The position numbers were made by a program, and so were the translations under genes. From Halogeometricum borinquense DSM 11551 (GTDB lineage Archaea; Halobacteriota; Halobacteria; Halobacteriales; Haloferacaceae), in the NCBI RefSeq assembly GCF_000172995.2, contig NC_014729.1:750001-782000 (forward strand): 32,000 nt of DNA, written 5' to 3'. Every line of letters starts with the position of its first letter. Positions within the stretch are counted from its first letter, which is position 1. The notes under the pieces are model-generated. The model searched no databases. It saw nothing but the letters and a program-made list of their open reading frames with translations, and was not told the origin of the DNA. Shown piece by piece: positions 17,800-23,900 of this stretch.

Positions 17800-17923
17800 G
17801 CGGCGAACGTGGGTTGTGCCGTAGAGTGTCGGATTCACGCCCGCCGTAAACGTCGGGACTCTCTCCTTGATTCAGGTAGCCGAGATATTGGCTGAGTTCG
17901 TGTCGAATGTGCTGGGCGTGCGA

Positions 17924-17950
17924 CCAGGAGTGATCAGCAGTAACTCCTGG
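17924..17950. other. Perfect 8-bp stem-loop followed by TCTTTT
   Basis: The sequence is CCAGGAGT-gatcagcagta-ACTCCTGG, then tcttttgg. It could terminate the RHH transcript or be a subterminal hairpin of the IS left end. Confidence 0.3.
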
Positions 17951-18013
17951 TCTTTTGGCACGGGCATTGCATTTTAGCGATTCCTGTCCGGAAATCAGTA
18001 AGGTCCGTCGCGG

Positions 18014-18925
18014 TCAATCGACGATTTCAACGTCGAACTTGCTGTGCCAGCGATAGCGCCGGCCACCCCAGACGAAGGTCCGACGTGCGTACGCGTAGGC
18101 CATCAGCGGCACCATGGCGAGTACCGACGGATAGGCGAGCAGTGCGGTCCATCGCCGCTGTCCAAACGCGAGGTAGATGGCTCCGTGCATGGCCGTCAAT
18201 ACTGCCCCCGTACCGAGGGGGAAGCGGATTGAGAAAGCGGTTAACACCAGTAGCAGAACAATATTGACGACCGCCGCTGGCGGATCGTGGTAGCGGACCA
18301 GTTTCATGAATCTGACGTGGCGTTCTAGCGTCTCTCGAACGGATCCGCCCATTTCAACGCGTCGAGCGCGCCGGAGCGTCGTCACGTCGATGTACTCCCC
18401 GAGCAGCCCGTCGTCGCTGATCGTCTGGCGTAGTTCCTTTCGAAAGGCGTCGACGTCGAGGTCCGAGCGCTCAAAGATCACGGCACCGCCCCATATGACG
18501 TCGCCAGCCCAGACACTGAACGTCCCGCCGAACGCGTATCCCGGTTCGAGCAGTATGGAGAGTGGGTCCTGGCCGACGAAGAAGGGGACTTCCGAGACGG
18601 GGCCGTGCGTTTCGTAGTCAGCGTTGAGAGTGGCCAGCCAGTCGTCGGGGTGGTGGAAGTCATCGTCGGTCCAGACGATGCGGTCGTGGCGTGCCCGTTC
18701 CATCCCGACGTCGATGGCGTTGGCCTTGCCCGAACAGCCATCGGGCACGCCCGCGACGACCACTTCGACTCCTGCGGGGAGGCCATCGCGGTCCGCGACA
18801 CGATCCGACTCGTCGTCACAGACCACGAGCAGTTCGTCGTCAGGCCCGAGCTGATCAGCGACTTCCTGGCATGCGGTGGTCCACGTGGTCGTCGGGAGAA
18901 GAACTGTCGTTGGCGGGCGGCCCAT
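18014..18925 (-). CDS. GT2-family (GT21/ceramide-glucosyltransferase-like) integral membrane glycosyltransferase
   Basis: The N-terminal GT-A fold has LLVVCDDESD, GKANAI and WTDDDF (DxD). The C-terminal part has several TM helices. This architecture is typical of lipid-directed GT2 enzymes. Confidence 0.7.
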   Translation of the reverse strand: MGRPPTTVLLPTTTWTTACQEVADQLGPDDELLVVCDDESDRVADRDGLPAGVEVVVAGVPDGCSGKANAIDVGMERARHDRIVWTDDDFHHPDDWLATLNADYETHGPVSEVPFFVGQDPLSILLEPGYAFGGTFSVWAGDVIWGGAVIFERSDLDVDAFRKELRQTISDDGLLGEYIDVTTLRRARRVEMGGSVRETLERHVRFMKLVRYHDPPAAVVNIVLLLVLTAFSIRFPLGTGAVLTAMHGAIYLAFGQRRWTALLAYPSVLAMVPLMAYAYARRTFVWGGRRYRWHSKFDVEIVD

Positions 18926-19105
18926 AGACCGGAGTTTTCATGAAACTGAACTTGAATTTTTTGAAATTTGTCTCGACACGAGCAAGGAACACGGGGAAGG
19001 GTTAATTGTATACCGGACAGGCGGCGTGGTACACGACTCGAAACCATGGAAGTCAGACTCGTAATGCGATTTCCACTCCGTCGGGCGCGGCAAACATATC
19101 AATGA

Positions 19106-19179
19106 TGCGAGGGGGGCTCGAACCCCACTCGTAACAAGTTGCTCGCTGGTTCGAATCCTTGGCTACCACACACCCTCGC
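19106..19179 (-). pseudogene. tRNA-like element that does not fold into a canonical cloverleaf (probable tRNA fragment mosaic)
   Basis: The minus strand reads GCGAGGG...GGGGTTCGAGCCCCCCTCGCA, with a tRNA-Leu-like acceptor and T-loop. The T-stem/acceptor register is short by C residues, and no anticodon arm could be drawn. An oppositely oriented GGTTCGAATCC T-arm fragment lies inside it. Confidence 0.35.
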
Positions 19180-19229
19180 ACGAGTGCGAGAGACACGGAG
19201 GTCTCTCGCGGTGATGTGCTCGGTAGAAG

Positions 19230-19325
19230 TGGGTTGGGGCGGATTCGAACGCCGGCGAACTCCCTTCGGTCGTCCGCTGCTTCCCGCCTCGCTCCGCTCG
19301 GCGGGAACGCCGGCCTGCTCCGTGT
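19230..19325 (-). pseudogene. Duplicate of the 3' half of tRNA-Val(CAC), interrupted by a 58-bp insertion
   Basis: Segments 19230-19256 and 19305-19325 together reproduce the last 39 nt of the intact tRNA-Val, apart from one missing C. A 10-bp direct repeat GAACGCCGGC (19247-19256 and 19305-19314) flanks the insert. No 5' half is present. Confidence 0.75.
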
Positions 19326-19349
19326 CCTTCACGAGGATGGAAAAACGAG

Positions 19350-19424
19350 TGGGTTGGGGCGGATTCGAACCGCCGGCCTGCTCCGTGTGAAGGAGCCGTC
19401 ATAACCTGGCTAGACCACCAACCC
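19350..19424 (-). tRNA. tRNA-Val (anticodon CAC)
   Basis: I folded the 75-nt cloverleaf by hand. The acceptor is GGGUUGG/CCAACCC. The anticodon stem is GCUCC/GGAGC with loop UUCACAC. The T-arm is GGCGG-UUCGAAU-CCGCC. A T5 run follows the 3' end. Confidence 0.9.
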
Positions 19425-19453
19425 AGGCAAAAATTTCTTTCCTCGGGTGAGAC

Positions 19454-19459
19454 TTAAGC
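19454..19459 (-). promoter_or_regulatory. TATA-like box (CTTAAG) for tRNA-Val
   Basis: It lies about 30 nt upstream of tRNA position 1 on the minus strand. Confidence 0.4.
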
Positions 19460-19473
19460 GTTCTTCTTCGGTC

Positions 19474-19743
19474 TTACTCGGATGCGCCACCTCGGTACCG
19501 CTTGATCCGACCGCGAGCCTTCTTGATGGCCTTCTTTCCACCGCGTTCGGCACGCCGCGGCACATCGCGGAGTTCCGATTCTAACCGCTCGCGCCCGGTT
19601 GGTTCCGACTCTTCTTCGCGTTCACGCCCGAGTGCTGACCGGATTCGTCGTTCGACCGGCTTGGCCTCTTCTCGCAGTCCGTCCGCGAGGTGATTTCCCG
19701 CACGTCGGAGGTAGTACCACGCATCTTCGAAGTGTCGATTCAT
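19474..19743 (-). CDS. Small conserved hypothetical protein (89 aa), charged and helical
   Basis: MNRHFEDAWYYLRRAGNHLADGLREEAKPVERRIRSAL... has an A/T-rich TATA-like tract (19765-19775) about 27 nt upstream of the ATG at 19743. The first 17 codons of the track ORF look like a spurious hydrophobic extension. Confidence 0.55.
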   Translation of the reverse strand: MNRHFEDAWYYLRRAGNHLADGLREEAKPVERRIRSALGREREEESEPTGRERLESELRDVPRRAERGGKKAIKKARGRIKRYRGGASE

Positions 19744-19797
19744 ATCTGTTCTTACGCAGGCAACTAATAAAAGAATTATGTGGGTAATTGTCATGCT

Positions 19798-19854
19798 CTG
19801 TTTTAGGCCCTCCTAAAACAGAAGATTTTAGTAGTTGTTAGGCGTGCCTAAAAC
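19798..19854. promoter_or_regulatory. Cluster of three GTTTTAGG/CCTAAAAC octamers forming two palindromes
   Basis: A perfect 10-bp hairpin CTGTTTTAGG-CCCT-CCTAAAACAG lies at 19798-19821. The palindrome TTAGGC-GT-GCCTAA lies at 19838-19851. The octamer CCTAAAAC recurs 35 nt apart. Confidence 0.4.
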
Positions 19855-20139
19855 TGGTGCGACGTCGCTCGTGACGGCGTCCATCGAGCGTCTATCCCTC
19901 GTGGCCGACCGTGGGCATCATACACAGTCGGTCCACAACATCCCTGTTTGTCGAGTCAGCAAGGCAACTACCGTGCCCCCGGTGACCGGCTCCACCGTGT
20001 TACGGTCATCGGTTCCTTTCCCGACTAGCGATTACCAGTGGGGGACTACCGTCGCGTCTGTAAGTCGCTGTCGATCAACGACCTTTCCCCGTATGAGTAG
20101 CTGCGTCCATCGGTGCAGATGCACTGCAGTAACTCCTCG
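19855..20139. ncRNA. Candidate structured non-coding RNA or long 3' UTR (unclassified)
   Basis: This is about 285 nt with no credible ORF. The only long ORF is basic and starts at TTG. Nested helices are dense, for example CGCTCG...CGAGCG, GACCG...CGGTC, TCGG-TTCCTTTC-CCGA and CCCCCGGT...ACC-AGT-GGGGG. Confidence 0.25.
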
Positions 20140-20673
20140 TTAGTACGTCGGTGACTCCTCAGGGACGCCATCGCGTTGGTTCACCAGTCGCGCAAATACG
20201 AACAGCGCGTCCGAGAGTCGGTTGAGGTACTGAATCGCTTGCTCGTTCACTGACTGATCTGTCGCCAGCGCGACGGCGCGGCGCTCTGCCCGCCGCGACA
20301 CTGCGCGCGCGTGGTGAAGTTTCGCTCCCGAATCGCCGCCACCGGGGAGGATGAACGACTGGAGCGGTTCGAGTTCCTCCTCTACGTCGTCGATATACGA
20401 CTCTACCTCCTCGACGTGCGCTTCAGCGATGACCGGATCATCGTCTTCAGGGTCCGGATTTGCGAAATCCGCCTGCACGATGTGGAGATGGTTCTGGATA
20501 CGCTCTAGTTTCTCGTCTATATCGTCGTATCCCGTCGGTCGGACGCTCCCGACGAGCGCGTTCACCTCGTCTACGGTCCCGTAGGCTTCGATCCGAGGGC
20601 TCGTCTTCGACACCCGCGACATGTCCCGAAGGTCGGTCATCCCCTCGTCGCCGCGCCCGGTGTAAATTTTCAT
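20140..20673 (-). CDS. pduO: PduO-type ATP:cob(I)alamin adenosyltransferase
   Basis: MKIYTGRGDEGMTDL...RIEAYGTVDEVNALVG...FILPGG...LHHARAVSRRAERR are hallmark motifs of the family. The start overlaps the upstream grx stop (ATGA). Confidence 0.9.
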   Translation of the reverse strand: MKIYTGRGDEGMTDLRDMSRVSKTSPRIEAYGTVDEVNALVGSVRPTGYDDIDEKLERIQNHLHIVQADFANPDPEDDDPVIAEAHVEEVESYIDDVEEELEPLQSFILPGGGDSGAKLHHARAVSRRAERRAVALATDQSVNEQAIQYLNRLSDALFVFARLVNQRDGVPEESPTY

Positions 20674-20909
20674 GCGAGGGTCCTCTCGATGTACTGCACG
20701 ATATTGTCGGACTCGCCCATCGTGATTCCCCGTTCGTCGTCCACGAGAACGGGCACGCTACGCTGACCGCTCACGCGTTTCACTTCGTTGCGTTCGGAGT
20801 GAAGCGCCTCGACCCACTCTGTCTCGTACTCGACGCCGTGTTCTTCCAGTGCGTCGTGTACCTTCTCGCAGTACGGACATCCGTCCAGCGCGTACACCGT
20901 GATGCTCAT
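20670..20909 (-). CDS. Glutaredoxin-like protein (CPYC)
   Basis: MSITVYALDGCPYCEKV...SVPVLVDDE...GESDNI is a thioredoxin fold with a CPYC active site. I chose the ATG at 20909. Confidence 0.8.
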   Translation of the reverse strand: MSITVYALDGCPYCEKVHDALEEHGVEYETEWVEALHSERNEVKRVSGQRSVPVLVDDERGITMGESDNIVQYIERTLA

Positions 20910-20963
20910 CGTATCGAGTTCGAATCCCGCGAGCAAAGAGATTTGGCCGTCGGCAGTCTGCCG

Positions 20964-23900
20964 CTACGACCGCCGCCACGCCAGTGTCACGACTACGAAC
21001 AGGCTCAGGATGGCCGCGAGCGGTCCAAATCCTGGAACGCCGGTTTCCGTTTCGGTCGGTGTCGCGGTTGGCGTCGCGGTCGGTGTCTGAGTTGCCGTCG
21101 GCGTCGGGCGCTCAGTCGGCGTCGGCTCGGTCACGCCAACGGTGCCTGCGGTTTGGTTCCCGACGCTGAGGTTGTACGTCCCGACTTCGTCGAACTGTAC
21201 GGTGAACCTCTCCGTCTCTGAGTCGCCAGCCCCGAGCGTCACGCGCCGCGTATCGGTCGTCGCATTGTCCACGGCGAGCGAGACGTATCCAGTCGCCGCT
21301 CGCGTCCCGTCGTTGGTCACTCCCGCTGAAACAGTGACTGTCTCTCCGGGTCGAATGCGCCGTTCACCGACGCTTGCGTTCGTCACCGCGACCCGGCCGC
21401 CGGACTCGCGGCCGACGGCGAACGTTGACAGTCCGGGCGTGTCGGCGTTGTAGACGTACGTCTCCTCTCGTTTCTCGACGAGGATTGCGTTCAATTCCGT
21501 CCACGTTCCGTCGTGATATCGGTAGAGAGCCACTTGATCCGGCGAAACGTTCCGCTCGTGCAGACGTTCCTCGTGTACGCCGAAGCGGAAGACCGCGTAG
21601 TCGATATCGCGGTCCGAGACGGAGTGGTCTACCTGCAAGTATCCGACCGTCTGCTCGTTGGGTGATGTCACGTTCGCGTCGATGGTAGCGTTCGGCGCGT
21701 CGTCGTGAACCGTAGCCTGTACCGAATACGTCTCGTTCTGTGACGCAATCGAGAGCGTGTCGAGGCTGACGTTCTTCGATTCGCTCGTTGTGTTCAGCGG
21801 AAGATCTACCAGTGACGACGGCTGTGCGGACTCCACGCGAACTGAAGATCCGTTTCGACCGGTCCGTTCGACGGAGACGTTCGCTCGCGGCGGTTCGGAG
21901 TCGTTGGCGTCGGTCTCGGATTCCGGGTCTGGTTCGATCACGACGATTTGTTCTTCGTCGCCACCGCCGCCTCCCCCACCGCCACCGCCGTTCGCGTCCG
22001 AACGTGATCCGTTCAGAGAGATCGTTGCCGATTGTCCGGACGCACCGTCGTTCCCGTTCGCGTCCGCGAGACGTGCCAGCGTCACCGTTACTGACCCATT
22101 CGATCCCACCGCGTGCGACGTCTCGTAGCTCGTCCCGCTCACCGAGAAGTCTGTCTCGTCGAGTGTCGCATTCGCCGACCCGGTCAGCGTGACGTTCACG
22201 TCGTTCAGCGTCTCCGAAGCGTCGAAGGCGATATCGACCGACGAGTCCGATCCCGCGGAGACGGAGAAATTCGAGACCGTCGGCGGGGTGTCGAGGGTGA
22301 GCGTTCCGGTCTGGGCTGACCGTTTGTTTCCAACGGTGTCCGTCGTCGTGACCGGGACCGACCGGTCGCCGTCGGCCGCAGTCGCGTCGAAGTCTACGGT
22401 GAGTGTCGCCGTGTAGGTCCCGTCGGAGTCGCCGTCAGCAATCGAGACCGCACTTCCGGAACCGAATGCACTCCCATCGACCGTCACCGACCCGATGCCT
22501 GCAGCGTCACTCACCGTCGCTGAGATATCTATCTGGTCGCCCGGCGCGACGACGCCGTCGCCGTCTGTCGCGTCAGTGAACGTCAGGCCGGTGACCGACG
22601 GCCCGGTCGTATCGAGCGTCAGCGACCCCGTCGTTCCGCTTCCGACCGTCCCCCGGTCGTCACTAGCTTGAATGGGTGCCGAGACGCTCCCGTCTGCGGA
22701 CGCGTTCGACTCGTCCACTGCGACCGTCGCGTTCCATGTGCCATCGTCATCACCGTCCGTCAACGTGACCGTTCCAGCTCCGATGGCCGAGAGGTCGGTC
22801 GTTACTGTCGCCACGCCGTTCGCGTCGGTCGCTGTCGCCTCCACAGTGACGTTCTCACCATCCGTGAGGACGCCGTCACCCGTCTCGTCCGTAAGCGTCG
22901 GACTCGATACGGTCGGACCAGTCGTGTCGAGCGTTAGCGATCCCGTCGTCCCGCTTCGGACGTTCCCCGCGCCGTCCGTCACATCGACGGCCACGCTGTA
23001 GTCGCCGTCGGGGTCCGCGTTCGCACCGTTTACGGTGACCGTCTTCGACCAATCGCCGCCGGTATCGGTGAGGGTGACGACGCCAGCACCGAACGCCGAG
23101 AGGTCGGCCGTCACCGACTGCACACCCGCAGTGCTATCCGTCGCTGTCGCGGACACGGTCACAGATTCGCCGTCAGCGACGATGCTGTCTCCGTCGGCGT
23201 CGTCTGTGACGCCCACTGAGGAGAGTGTTGGTTTCGCCGTGTCGAGGGTCAGCGTCTCGGTCGTAACGACGCTTGTCTGACCGGCCTCGTCGCTGACAGT
23301 AACGGACCCACCGTGCGAGCCGTCGGGATCCGCATTCGCGGCGTCAACGGAGACAGTCACATCCCACGTTCCGTCCGAGTCGCCGTCGGCCAAGGTGACG
23401 GTTCCGGCGCCGAACGCCGAGAGGTCGGCTTCGACGGTGCGAACCTCGCTTCCGGTTCCGTCGGGTGTGACGGAGACAGTGAGATCCTCGCCGCCCGCCA
23501 CGTAGCTATCAGCATCACTGTCGCTCAGTGAGAGCCCTGATGTTGATGGTGTGACAGTGTCGAGGGTGAGCGTTCCGACCGTCGTCTGATTTGTCTTCCC
23601 TTGACTGTCGGCGGCCTCGACAGAAACGGAGTGCTCTCCGTCCGCAACACCCGACGCGTCCACGACGAACGTACCGTTGTACACGTCCGAACTCCCGACT
23701 TGCGAGAGACTGACTGCACTGCCGCCGCCGAGTTCGGTTGCGTCCGCAGTGACAGTATCAACTGTCGTCGCGTCGGTCACGGTCAGTTCGACTGTCACCG
23801 TCTCTTCGTCCGCGACGACACCGTCACCGTCGGTGCCTGTGAGACTCCCGGCCGAAAGCGTCGGCGGGTTCACGTCCTGCGTCAACTCGTTCGTCGTCGC

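Noticed and set aside
17605-17838. A 77-aa minus-strand ORF overlapping the RHH ORF.
   Set aside because: It is antisense to the better-formed RHH ORF and is hydrophobic and basic with no motif. It would also have to start inside or beyond the promoter region of tnpB.
17866-17870. A TTGAT pentamer, the ISDra2-type TAM, near the presumed left side of the tnpB element.
   Set aside because: It is on the opposite strand relative to tnpB. A 5-mer is expected by chance, and haloarchaeal TnpB TAMs are not known to be TTGAT.
19106-19179. A functional tRNA-Leu-like gene.
   Set aside because: The acceptor and T-loop are recognisable. With GCGAGGG/CCCUCGC as the acceptor, however, the T-stem cannot be completed. 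No anticodon stem-loop with U33 and a purine at position 37 can be drawn, and the D-arm has an extra TGTGTGG. I treat it as a fragment pending tRNAscan-SE.
19795-20139. SRP (7S) RNA, RNase P RNA or a cobalamin riboswitch in the spacer next to the adenosyltransferase gene.
   Set aside because: On neither strand could I find the SRP helix-8 GGAA tetraloop and AGCA motif in the right arrangement, nor the Alu-domain UGUAAC near a 5' end. The RNase P CR-I and CR-V motifs are absent. The B12-box-like pieces (GGGAA, CCACTG, AGCCGG) occur in the wrong order, and the region lies 3' of the gene rather than 5'. This is eye inspection only and should be rechecked with Infernal.
19835-20143. A 102-aa plus-strand ORF (MLGVPKTGATSLV...) as a protein-coding gene.
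   Set aside because: It starts at TTG and is basic and Ser/Thr/Arg/Cys-rich, unlike every credible protein in the window. It matches no motif. The region is better explained as non-coding.
21960-21990. A GC-rich homopolymer-like tract (ccaccgccgcctcccccaccgccaccgcc) as a possible regulatory G-quadruplex or phase-variation switch.
   Set aside because: It is in frame and simply encodes Gly9, with mixed GGN codons rather than a pure mononucleotide run. Slippage-based on/off switching is therefore unlikely. It is noted only as a possible flexible hinge.
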